Below are positions 32,115 through 39,675 of a DNA stretch of 41,186 nt, piece by piece. Origin of the DNA: a virus; the IMG/VR virus record IMGVR_UViG_3300045988_168338; one strand, given 5' to 3'. Made by a program: the position numbers and the translations under genes. The stretch's first letter is position 1. Each line of letters begins with the position of its first letter. Under the pieces are notes generated by a model. It saw only the letters and a list, made by a program, of their open reading frames with translations, did not search any database and was not told the DNA's origin.

Positions 32115-32540
32115 ATGGCAAACATCAGCGGCGTGGCCGACCACAAGGCCACCGGCCCGGCGATTCCCGGCCTGACCGTGGAACGCACCAAGGCGATCAT
32201 CCTGCTCATCGTCCAATTATTCAGCGTCGCGCAGACCGGCCTGAGCATCGCCGGCATCAGCCAGCTCCCGTTCACCACCGATCAGGTGAGCACGGCGATC
32301 ACCGGCGTCATCGCCGTCATCGCATCCGTGTACGCGTGGTGGCGCAACAACAACCTGACCGGTGCCGCCGTGCAGGGACAGCAGCTCACCAACGCGATCA
32401 AAGCCAATATCATCGCCACCGCCACCGACGCCACGACCGGGACAGCTCAGGCGGCCTACGCGGTGTCCGACTCCAGGGGAGCCGACGCGACCGCTGACGT
32501 GGCACCCATCGAGGAGGTGTCCTATGGCGACGGCGAGTGA
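32115..32540 (+). CDS. Holin
   Basis: SD TAAGGAGAAC. TM segments AIILLIVQLFSVAQTGLSIAGI and AITGVIAVIASVYAWW, then the RNNNLTGAA motif. Immediately upstream of the endolysin. Confidence 0.8.
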   Translation: MANISGVADHKATGPAIPGLTVERTKAIILLIVQLFSVAQTGLSIAGISQLPFTTDQVSTAITGVIAVIASVYAWWRNNNLTGAAVQGQQLTNAIKANIIATATDATTGTAQAAYAVSDSRGADATADVAPIEEVSYGDGE

Positions 32541-33339
32541 AGTCCTGCGCATCGCGGCGGGCGAAATCGGCTATTCCCGTTGGACCGACCCGCAGCCGGG
32601 CACGAAGTACGGGCGCTGGTACGCCCAATCCCACGGCTCCTACTATGGCGCGTCGGGCGTCCCGTTCTGCGCGATGTTCGTCAGCTGGGTCATGAGCCGT
32701 GCCGGTCAGGCGTTCCCGGGACTGCCCGCCGCCTACGTGCCATACGTGCTCAGCGCGGGACGCTCCCGCGCGGTCAGCACGCGCAGCGCCCGCCCCGGCG
32801 ACATCGTGATATTCAACTGGGACGGCGGCGTGGTGGACCACATCGGCTTCGTGGAAGCCAACCACGGCTCGTACATCCAGACCATCGAGGGCAACACCAA
32901 CAACGGGCGCGTAGCACGCCGCACCCGCGCATGGAACACCATCGCCGCCATCCTGCGCCCCGCCTACAGTGGCAGCGCCACGTCGTCCGGCGGCGGCACG
33001 GGCCGGCTCACGGTAGACGGCTCCTGCGGGCCGGCCACCATCCGCCGCTGGCAGCAGGTCATGGGCACCAGCGTGGACGGCATCATCAGCGGCCAGTACA
33101 GGCCGGACGGCCGGACATGGGGCCGACCCGCGCTCGTGGACTCGTGCGTGCGCTACGGTGGCGGCGGATCCAACCTCATCCGCGCCGTCCAACGCAAGCT
33201 CAGCCTCACCGCGGACGGGCTCCTCGGCCCCGCCACCATCCGTGCCCTGCAGAAACACCTCGGCGTCGCGCAGGACTCGTGGTTCGGACCCGGCACCGCA
33301 CGCGCACTCCAAAGCCGCCTCAACACCGGCAGATTCTAA
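32524..33339 (+). CDS. Endolysin: CHAP amidase/peptidase plus two peptidoglycan-binding repeats
   Basis: CHAP triad context (VPFCAMFVSW, VVDHIGFV, IEGNTN). C-terminal LTVDGSCGPATIRRWQ and LTADGLLGPATIRALQ repeats. Confidence 0.85.
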   Translation: MATASEVLRIAAGEIGYSRWTDPQPGTKYGRWYAQSHGSYYGASGVPFCAMFVSWVMSRAGQAFPGLPAAYVPYVLSAGRSRAVSTRSARPGDIVIFNWDGGVVDHIGFVEANHGSYIQTIEGNTNNGRVARRTRAWNTIAAILRPAYSGSATSSGGGTGRLTVDGSCGPATIRRWQQVMGTSVDGIISGQYRPDGRTWGRPALVDSCVRYGGGGSNLIRAVQRKLSLTADGLLGPATIRALQKHLGVAQDSWFGPGTARALQSRLNTGRF

Positions 33340-33343
33340 ACAC

Positions 33344-33384
33344 AAGCGCCCCTCGGCTCCATGCATAGGAGTCGAGGGGCGCTT
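33344..33384. terminator. Bidirectional terminator
   Basis: 12-bp stem AAGCGCCCCTCG / CGAGGGGCGCTT between convergent genes. Confidence 0.65.
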
Positions 33385-33397
33385 CTGCATATCTGCG

Positions 33398-33592
33398 TCA
33401 GAGGCGGGACTCGAACTCGTCGATCGTCATCTCGAGCGCGTCCGCCACTCTTCTGGCCGTGCCGAGCGCCATGAGCCTCGGGTCGCGCACGCCCCTGACC
33501 CACTCGTTGACCCGCTGTCTGGTAAGTCCGGCGGCGCGCGCGATCTGCGACTGCCGTATCCCCCGTTCATCCAGCATATCCGCGAACGTCAT
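33398..33592 (-). CDS. XRE-family HTH protein, gene 3 of small-protein module 2
   Basis: SD GGAGG upstream of ATG 33592. MLDERGIRQSQIARAAGLTRQRVNEWVRG. Confidence 0.75.
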   Translation of the reverse strand: MTFADMLDERGIRQSQIARAAGLTRQRVNEWVRGVRDPRLMALGTARRVADALEMTIDEFESRL

Positions 33593-33732
33593 CCGTTCCG
33601 CCTCCCCGCCAGGTATCCGAGCGTCCCGGCGCACAGCGCCAGCACGCCTGCCGGTATCGAGTGTCCGGACAGCCCGGCGGCGAACGCGCCGAGCGCCATG
33701 ACCAGCGAGCATAATCCCAGTCTGTCGTTCAT
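33589..33732 (-). CDS. 47-aa two-TM glycine-zipper-like membrane protein, gene 2 of module 2
   Basis: MNDRLGLCSLVMALGAFAAGLSGHSIPAGVLALCAGTLGYLAGRRNG. ATGA overlap with the HTH gene. Paralog of 9982..10140. Confidence 0.5.
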   Translation of the reverse strand: MNDRLGLCSLVMALGAFAAGLSGHSIPAGVLALCAGTLGYLAGRRNG

Positions 33733-33759
33733 GATGTCCCATGCGATAGGATGGGAGCC

Positions 33760-33794
33760 GGGCCTTCCGGATAGTTGGGATATTCGGAAGGCCC
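33760..33794 (-). terminator. Intercistronic hairpin in module 2
   Basis: 10-bp stem GGGCCTTCCG / CGGAAGGCCC, in the same position as the 10171-10201 hairpin of module 1. Confidence 0.5.
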
Positions 33795-33799
33795 TTTCC

Positions 33800-33946
33800 T
33801 CACCGCCTGCGCCGCCTCCGTGGCGGCCTGCGCGGTTCGGGCTTCCGGTGGAGGGCAATCACCACCGTGGCTATGGGTGCTATGACCGCCCCGAGCCCGG
33901 CGAGAAATTCGCCCGCCGCCTTCAGCAGCTCCGTGACCTGTTGCAT
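33800..33946 (-). CDS. 48-aa single-TM protein with a poly-Arg tail, gene 1 of module 2
   Basis: Shares the identical 21-nt start context with module 1 (CATGTTCACCTCCTTTCCTTG on the + strand). MQQVTELLKAAGEFLAGLGAVIAPIATVVIALHRKPEPRRPPRRRRRR. Confidence 0.55.
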   Translation of the reverse strand: MQQVTELLKAAGEFLAGLGAVIAPIATVVIALHRKPEPRRPPRRRRRR

Positions 33947-33975
33947 GTTCACCTCCTTTCCTTGCCGACTCCTCC

Positions 33976-34004
33976 ATTGTAACCCAAACGGGTTACAATG
34001 TCAA
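33976..34004 (-). promoter_or_regulatory. Canonical sigma70-type promoter of module 2 with an overlapping palindromic operator
   Basis: Minus strand reads TTGACA (33999-34004), 17-nt spacer, TACAAT (33976-81). An 11-bp inverted repeat CATTGTAACCC/GGGTTACAATG (33975-34000) spans the spacer and -10. Confidence 0.6.
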
Positions 34005-34009
34005 GCCGG

Positions 34010-34533
34010 AGGAACCCCGACACACCGTATCCACACCATTCTCGGCACCCTATTTTTGCCCACATTTTGCCCACATTCTCACGGAAAAACAGGGTGAACA
34101 GGGAAAAACGGATAAACAAAAAAGCCCCTCAGCCTGAACCGCACCCCGATTGTTGGACTGAAGAAATTCAGATTCGATGATCGGAGGTGCGGTTCACAAT
34201 GCTGGGGGAGGGGCCTTTTCTTGTTTCGGGTGATATCATACGGAGCAAACAGCAGATTGGAGTCGGTTCTGAGTGGCATTTGAGTGACATTGAAACGCGG
34301 AGCCAACCACGAGAACGCATTGTTGCGCGTCAGGCTATAACCACCGTTGATACGCGCCACCTTGCGCAGGGGTGGCGCTGAACCGTTGGAATACTGCGGA
34401 AACGTAGACGGCAGTAAGGCTTGTATGACGTCGTGCGCGCGTGACGCTGATACGAGTTTTCCCGCCGAAAACGGCGTTTTACGCCCACTTAGAGTGTGAT
34501 TTAGAGTGGACTCCCTGACACGGGAGGACAGTC
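34010..34533. other. attP-containing region (core not identified) with arm-type repeats and a compound hairpin
   Basis: Low-GC non-coding stretch upstream of int. Tandem TTTGCCCACAT x2 (34055-76), AACAGGG x2, TTAGAGTG x2 (34489-34508), and a rod hairpin at 34118-34219. Confidence 0.4.
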
Positions 34534-35754
34534 ATGGCGGGCAAGACGAAAAACAGGAGGACCGGGGGATCCGGAAGCGTGTTCCAGGACTCCAAAGGAC
34601 GATGGCACTTCCGCAAGGACATGGGAACCGACCCGGCGACCGGACGCAGACGCCCGCCGATCGAAGCCACCGGCATGGTGAAAAGCGAGGCGCGCGCCCG
34701 CTTCCAGGCGAAGATAGCGGAATGGGAACGGGACGGAAGACTCCCCAGCAAGGACGGCCCCAAGACCGCTGACTACTTCGAACGGTGGATGGGGGAGCAC
34801 CGGGCGGCCATCAATCCCACCACATGGCGCAACGAATCCAGCTGGATGCGCACCATGAACGCGATCATCGGCGACATACGCCTCAACCGGCTCACCGCCA
34901 ACGACATCAACGGAATGTGCAGGAGACTGCGCCGCACACGCAAAAGCAAGACCGTCAACACCTATCTCGCAGTCCTCGGCGCCATGCTCCGAACCGCGAA
35001 ACGGGACGGACTCATCGCCGACGACCCGATGGAAAACGTCGGACGAATGCCGGAGGACCGGTACGAACGCCCCATCCTCGACGTCGCCGACCCAGCGAAG
35101 GTCATCGAGGCCGCGCTCGCCGAGCCCGATCCGGCGGTCGCCGTGTTCGACAGCCCGGACGAGCGTGAGAAGTGGGCACTCATGTTCGAACTCGCCTTCA
35201 CCACGGGCATGCGGCCGGGGGAGAGGTATGGCCTGATGCCCTACCAGCTGGAACTGCATCATGGGATTCCCGTCATCAACGTGTGCCAGCAGGCCAAGCC
35301 GATACCAGCCGGCGCCACGATCCCGGATTGGATGGAAGCCGAGCATCTGGATGGGGCGATCTGGCTGACCAAACCGAAGACCGCCAAAGGCGTGCGGACG
35401 GTTCCCATTCCGCAGGGGCTTTGGGACCGGCTTTGGGCGCATATCGTCAAATGGGGCGTGCCATCGCATGGACTGGTGTTCACCAATCTTTACGGCCATC
35501 CCATCAGACGGGACAACGAGGAGAAGCGTTGGCGCCGCGCCCTGAAGATGGCGGGACTGCCGTACGTCGACATCTACAGCGCGCGGCACTGGCTCGCCAC
35601 CGAACTCGCCGCCGCCGGCGCGAGCGACGAGGAGCGCACCGCCATCATGGGCCACACCGACATCCACACCACCAGCGTCTACACGCATTGGAGGGAACGG
35701 CGACTCGCCGAAACGCTCGACGCCGCCCTGCCAGACCTCCGCGACGGCCAGTGA
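34534..35754 (+). CDS. int: Tyrosine integrase
   Basis: Catalytic motifs: TGMRPGE, ...ARHWLATEL..., MGHTDIHTTSVYTHW (R-H-R-Y). Confidence 0.95.
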   Translation: MAGKTKNRRTGGSGSVFQDSKGRWHFRKDMGTDPATGRRRPPIEATGMVKSEARARFQAKIAEWERDGRLPSKDGPKTADYFERWMGEHRAAINPTTWRNESSWMRTMNAIIGDIRLNRLTANDINGMCRRLRRTRKSKTVNTYLAVLGAMLRTAKRDGLIADDPMENVGRMPEDRYERPILDVADPAKVIEAALAEPDPAVAVFDSPDEREKWALMFELAFTTGMRPGERYGLMPYQLELHHGIPVINVCQQAKPIPAGATIPDWMEAEHLDGAIWLTKPKTAKGVRTVPIPQGLWDRLWAHIVKWGVPSHGLVFTNLYGHPIRRDNEEKRWRRALKMAGLPYVDIYSARHWLATELAAAGASDEERTAIMGHTDIHTTSVYTHWRERRLAETLDAALPDLRDGQ

Positions 35755-35790
35755 CGGACGGCGACGGCTTTTCCGCAACACGAAAGAGTA

Positions 35791-35819
35791 TTGACACACC
35801 CCGCGCTCATCGGTAAATT
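35791..35819 (+). promoter_or_regulatory. Sigma70-type promoter
   Basis: TTGACA (35791-96), 17-nt spacer, TAAATT (35814-19), 25 nt upstream of ATG 35844. Confidence 0.6.
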
Positions 35820-35843
35820 GAAGACGAAAGCAAGGAGGTGCCG

Positions 35844-36371
35844 ATGTCGAAGATTACCATCGATAATCTGTCCACGCCGGCTGCAGCGGCGACGGAGACG
35901 CTACTGAAGACAGTCGCGCCTAACGGTTACCTCAACCTTCCCGTGGATCCGTCACGCGTGGCAGAGCTACTGGGCATCCAGCCGCAGAAGCTCATGCTGG
36001 ATCCAAACGTTGACGGCCTGCTCGTCAAAGACAAGTCCGGCGAGCCGTTCAAGGCGGTCTCCGATGCGTATGCTTCGCCGCAGCGTCAGCGGTTCACCAC
36101 AGCCCATGAGATAGGTCACTGGGTCCATAAATACCAGAACACGCCGGACGATGCCGTGCTCGGAAGGGTGGAGAGCCGCGACGACACTTCGTCCAAGGGA
36201 ATCGATCCCGAGGAGATCTGGGCGAATCGTTTTGCCGCCGCGCTCCTGATGCCTGCCGCGATAGTCAGACGCCATTGGGGTGAAGGGCGCACCCGCGACG
36301 AGCTGGCCGAGATGTTCGGTGTCTCCCGACGATCCATGGACGTGAGAATAGCCACCCTGGGGTTGCAATGA
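35844..36371 (+). CDS. ImmA/IrrE-family (COG2856) zinc metallopeptidase
   Basis: HExxH: TTAHEIGHWV, with a downstream ...EIWANRFAAALLMPA motif. Confidence 0.8.
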   Translation: MSKITIDNLSTPAAAATETLLKTVAPNGYLNLPVDPSRVAELLGIQPQKLMLDPNVDGLLVKDKSGEPFKAVSDAYASPQRQRFTTAHEIGHWVHKYQNTPDDAVLGRVESRDDTSSKGIDPEEIWANRFAAALLMPAAIVRRHWGEGRTRDELAEMFGVSRRSMDVRIATLGLQ

Positions 36372-36859
36372 GCCAAACCGAACAGGCATCCAGCGAAACC
36401 GATGAGGCGCTGGCCATGTTCAACAGGGCGTCGGCCGCCACCTCGCATGTGCCGGTCGCGCACGGTTCCGCACCCGACGGCGGGGAAGGAGTCGATGGTT
36501 CCGCAGATGAGGCCACAGGTACAGCCTCATCATTCAACGCCCGACGGAGAGAGAACGCCGCTCTCCGCAAACTCGATGCGAAAAACACGAGACGCGAACA
36601 AGAGAACCAGCTGCGCAAGGAAGTGGCGACCTGGTCACTATGGTTCGTGCTGACACAGCTCGTGATAACGAATACGACCATCGTCGCGTACATTGTCACC
36701 ATGCTTGTGCTGAAACAGTACGTGCCGACCGAAGTGCTGATTACATGGCTGTCATCGACGATCGTGGAGATCATCGGCATCCTCTGGGTCATCGCACGCA
36801 GCCTCTTCCCGTTCCACGACAGACACCGCGACACTAAAGGCGAAAAACACAAGTCGTAA
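36368..36859 (+). CDS. Membrane protein (acidic/disordered N-terminus, three C-terminal TM helices)
   Basis: ATGA overlap with 35844..36371. TM segments WSLWFVLTQLVITNTTIVAYIVTMLVL and VLITWLSSTIVEIIGILWVIA. Confidence 0.7.
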   Translation: MSQTEQASSETDEALAMFNRASAATSHVPVAHGSAPDGGEGVDGSADEATGTASSFNARRRENAALRKLDAKNTRREQENQLRKEVATWSLWFVLTQLVITNTTIVAYIVTMLVLKQYVPTEVLITWLSSTIVEIIGILWVIARSLFPFHDRHRDTKGEKHKS

Positions 36860-36883
36860 ACACTTCAGGCCAAATAAACCAAA

Positions 36884-36915
36884 CCCCGGCGCTCGCGGCC
36901 ATGCGGACGCCGGGG
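36884..36915. terminator. Bidirectional terminator
   Basis: 8-bp stem CCCCGGCG / CGCCGGGG between convergent genes. Confidence 0.55.
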
Positions 36916-36922
36916 CCTTTCT

Positions 36923-37429
36923 CTACTGCGCGCACACGCCGGAATCGTACAATAACTGCCGGTAGTCCTCCAACACCTGGATGGTGACACCCAATTCCAC
37001 GGCCATCATCCACGCATTGCCCTCGTACACCGTCTCGGCCATGCCGTAATCCACCGGACTGATCAACGCCAGCGCCGTCTCCCTACGGCAACGGCGCTCG
37101 CATTTGATTCCGTATTGGCTGCCGCATCCGGGGTCGTGGTGTCTGGCGTGTATGAGTTCGTGGCACAATGTGCAGCGGCGCTGGCGTTGGTTGAGTCTGT
37201 CATGGAGGAATATAGTGCGGCTCGCCTCATACCATGCGCCGCACAGTCCGTCCGGCAACGGTTGCTCGACGATGCGGATGTGTTCCTTCCCGGCGTGGTC
37301 GAGGAAGGAGCCGAGGTCGTATCCGCCGGGGATATGAAACAACCCAGCCTGGTTCGCCGCGCCGAAGACGCTCGCGTGCTGGGTACTGTCGATGCTCAGA
37401 CTACCCGTTTGCCGTGACCTCCTTTGCAT
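36923..37429 (-). CDS. ImmA/IrrE-family zinc metallopeptidase (second copy)
   Basis: HExxH: CTLCHELIHARHHD. The start is uncertain (ATG 37429 chosen; the ORF is open to 37642). Confidence 0.7.
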   Translation of the reverse strand: MQRRSRQTGSLSIDSTQHASVFGAANQAGLFHIPGGYDLGSFLDHAGKEHIRIVEQPLPDGLCGAWYEASRTIFLHDRLNQRQRRCTLCHELIHARHHDPGCGSQYGIKCERRCRRETALALISPVDYGMAETVYEGNAWMMAVELGVTIQVLEDYRQLLYDSGVCAQ

Positions 37430-37553
37430 GGTGTCGGCTGGTGTGCGCAAGCCCGTCCTATGTGGATGGCGGCTGGGTTCCCGAATGGGAGTAAGACTTC
37501 GGGTCGAGAATTCCTTTGCCCCTGGGGCCGGACTTGCCTCCTCGCCGGCTGTC

Positions 37554-38582
37554 TCATCTGCCGATTCCGTCGTGGCGGCCTCCGTCGATGCCCTTGGCGA
37601 ATTCCTCGAAGTCGTATGGTTGCGCCGCGTTGAACTTCGCATATTCCTCGGCGGCCTTCCTGTCCGCCTGCTTGCGGGTCACGGTGCCTTTGCCGGTGAG
37701 CGTCGCGCCTCCCGAAAGCTGGATGTATTGGCTTACGAGTTGGATGAATTCCGGCATGGTGGTGGTCAGTCGCGCCGCGACCCTGTTCTCGATCATGTCG
37801 AGGAAGCCGCTGGTGAGACGGTTGAGCCGCGTCAGCTCGTTCTCGTCCAGGTAGTTCTTGGCGACGGTCACATCGGATTTGTGGATTCGCCCGTTGGGGG
37901 AGCCATGCCATGTGGTCAGTCCCATGTGCGGTTTCGTGGCGTCGACGCGTTGGGTGATGATCTCCGGCGCGGTGTGCCCGTGGGCGGCGTAGTGGAACCT
38001 GTTCTGCATGTTCTGGTAGAACTCGCGCGCGATGCCGCTGTCCTTGTCGTAGTCGGTGCAGATCTCCTGGAATATGGCGAGCACCTGCTGGTAGAGGCGT
38101 TTCTCGCTGGTGCGGATCTCCCGTACTCGGGCGAGGAGCTCCTTGAAGTAGTCCTCGCCGAACGTGTTGCCGTTCTTGAGCATGTCGTCGTTGAGAGCGA
38201 AGCCCTTGATCATGTATTCGTGCAGCACGCTGGTCGCCCATTGGCGGAAGGCCGTGGCCTGCGGGCTGCTGACCCTGTATCCGACGGCGATGATCGCGTC
38301 CAGGCTGTAGAAGCGGATGGTGCGGCGAACCGTTCTGCCGCCTTCGTTTCGAACTATTTCCATTTCCGACATAGTTGCCGATTCGGCCAACTCGCCTTCA
38401 GCGTAGATGTTCGCCAGATGTTTGGATACCGCGGGCACGTTCACGCCGAATAGTCGCGCGATGTTCTTCTGCGGCATCCAGAACGTCCGCCGCCAGTACG
38501 TGACCTCGACCGGCACGTTCACCCCATTGGCGCGGTAGAGGATCACCTGCCCTCTGTTATCAGGGTCGAATTCCTCGCTCAT
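37554..38582 (-). CDS. RhuM-family (Fic/DOC-related) protein
   Basis: ...FWMPQKNIARLFGVNVPAVSKHLANIY...IRFYSLDAIIAVGYRVSSPQATAFRQWATSVLHEYMIKGF... is typical of the RhuM virulence-protein family. Confidence 0.85.
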   Translation of the reverse strand: MSEEFDPDNRGQVILYRANGVNVPVEVTYWRRTFWMPQKNIARLFGVNVPAVSKHLANIYAEGELAESATMSEMEIVRNEGGRTVRRTIRFYSLDAIIAVGYRVSSPQATAFRQWATSVLHEYMIKGFALNDDMLKNGNTFGEDYFKELLARVREIRTSEKRLYQQVLAIFQEICTDYDKDSGIAREFYQNMQNRFHYAAHGHTAPEIITQRVDATKPHMGLTTWHGSPNGRIHKSDVTVAKNYLDENELTRLNRLTSGFLDMIENRVAARLTTTMPEFIQLVSQYIQLSGGATLTGKGTVTRKQADRKAAEEYAKFNAAQPYDFEEFAKGIDGGRHDGIGR

Positions 38583-38626
38583 GACTTTGATTCCTTTCCT
38601 TTCGGTTCACCCAACTCTATAGACCG

Positions 38627-38872
38627 TCACTCGTCCGGGGTCTCGGACTCCATGTCACGGTTCCTGTCAGTGCTGGCAGCAAGCTCCTGAGGTGGCAGGT
38701 CCTCGAATCTCGGTTCGACCAGATCGTCGGTGATCTGGTTTTGGCGCTCGCGGGCTTCGTAGGCGCGGGCGGCGACGATGATCTCATGCAGTGTGGTGAC
38801 TGGGTCCACCTCGCAGGCCTGGCAGAGCAGTAAAAATTCTGAGAGCTTGATTGGTGCCTTTCTGCCCTTCAT
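38627..38872 (-). CDS. Truncated paralog of the CI-like repressor (C-terminal region only)
   Basis: AARAYEARERQNQITDDLVE...ESETPDE aligns with DAARAYAARERESQLTDDLID...EAETPDE of 38915..39307. Most of the HTH is missing. SD AAGGAG before ATG 38872. Confidence 0.5.
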   Translation of the reverse strand: MKGRKAPIKLSEFLLLCQACEVDPVTTLHEIIVAARAYEARERQNQITDDLVEPRFEDLPPQELAASTDRNRDMESETPDE

Positions 38873-38914
38873 ATTGATTCGCTCCTTTTTCCGCAAGACT
38901 TCGGCGAGTCTTCG

Positions 38915-39307
38915 TCATTCGTCCGGCGTCTCGGCTTCGAGGCGTGCGTTCGGATCCCTGTTGGCGGCCACGTCATAGTCTTCGGGGTGCGCGGCGATAC
39001 GGTCGATGAGATCATCCGTGAGCTGAGACTCGCGCTCGCGGGCGGCGTAGGCGCGGGCGGCATCGCTGCCCAGGGCGCGGGTGAATAGCTCTTTCAGCGT
39101 CATCCCGCATACATTGGCAATGCGCTCGCAGTCCGAAATTGTTAGCGGTGCGTCAAAACGAGCTCGAACAAACCAATAATTGCGGCTGAACCCGCATTCC
39201 GCTGCGAATTCAGTTGCAGTCATGCCGCTCTTGGCTTGTAGTGATTTGCAATACTGCATGATGCTCCGCGCACCAGCGGTCACATCGTTATTGGCTCTTG
39301 TTCCCAT
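38915..39307 (-). CDS. CI-like XRE-family repressor
   Basis: HTH SGMTATEFAAECGFSRNYWFVRAR, divergent from the cro-like gene across palindromic operators. An alternative SD-preceded start lies at 39259. Confidence 0.8.
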   Translation of the reverse strand: MGTRANNDVTAGARSIMQYCKSLQAKSGMTATEFAAECGFSRNYWFVRARFDAPLTISDCERIANVCGMTLKELFTRALGSDAARAYAARERESQLTDDLIDRIAAHPEDYDVAANRDPNARLEAETPDE

Positions 39308-39342
39308 AGTCCAAAGATACCCAATTGTGTACTTTCTGTAAA

Positions 39343-39384
39343 GTATTCAAATGAATACCCATCTGGTAGTATTCATTTGAATAC
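39343..39384. promoter_or_regulatory. Two 16-bp palindromic operators in the genetic switch region
   Basis: GTATTCAAATGAATAC (39343-58) and GTATTCATTTGAATAC (39369-84), centres 26 bp apart, in an AT-rich divergent intergenic region. Confidence 0.75.
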
Positions 39385-39426
39385 AGTTTGTAACTGTCAG
39401 CAAAGAGCAGCAAGAAAGGAGGTCTG

Positions 39427-39675
39427 GTGGCAAGCGAAGCGGAACTTATGAGAGACAACCTTCGCGGAGAGATGGCTCGCAGGCACAAAACACAAGAAGA
39501 TATCGCGAAAACGATTGGATGTGGACGGCCGCTTGTGAACCGAAAACTCAATGGAGAAAAAGACTTCACGCTGGGCGATATGGAAAACATCGCTGCAATG
39601 TTCGACATGACTTTTCTGCAGCTGCTAACGCTGCTCCTCCAGCCAATCGACAACATCAAGCAGATCAGACCATGA
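39427..39675 (+). CDS. Cro-like XRE-family HTH protein
   Basis: SD AAGGAGG then GTG 39427. KTQEDIAKTIGCGRPLVNRKLNGEKDFT. Confidence 0.75.
   Translation: MASEAELMRDNLRGEMARRHKTQEDIAKTIGCGRPLVNRKLNGEKDFTLGDMENIAAMFDMTFLQLLTLLLQPIDNIKQIRP

Noticed and set aside
34079-34360. 93-aa minus-strand ORF in the attP region
   Set aside because: It runs straight through the compound hairpin and the repeat arrays. It has no SD, low-complexity F/P/R-rich stretches and no coding bias. The region is better explained as non-coding recombination and regulatory DNA.
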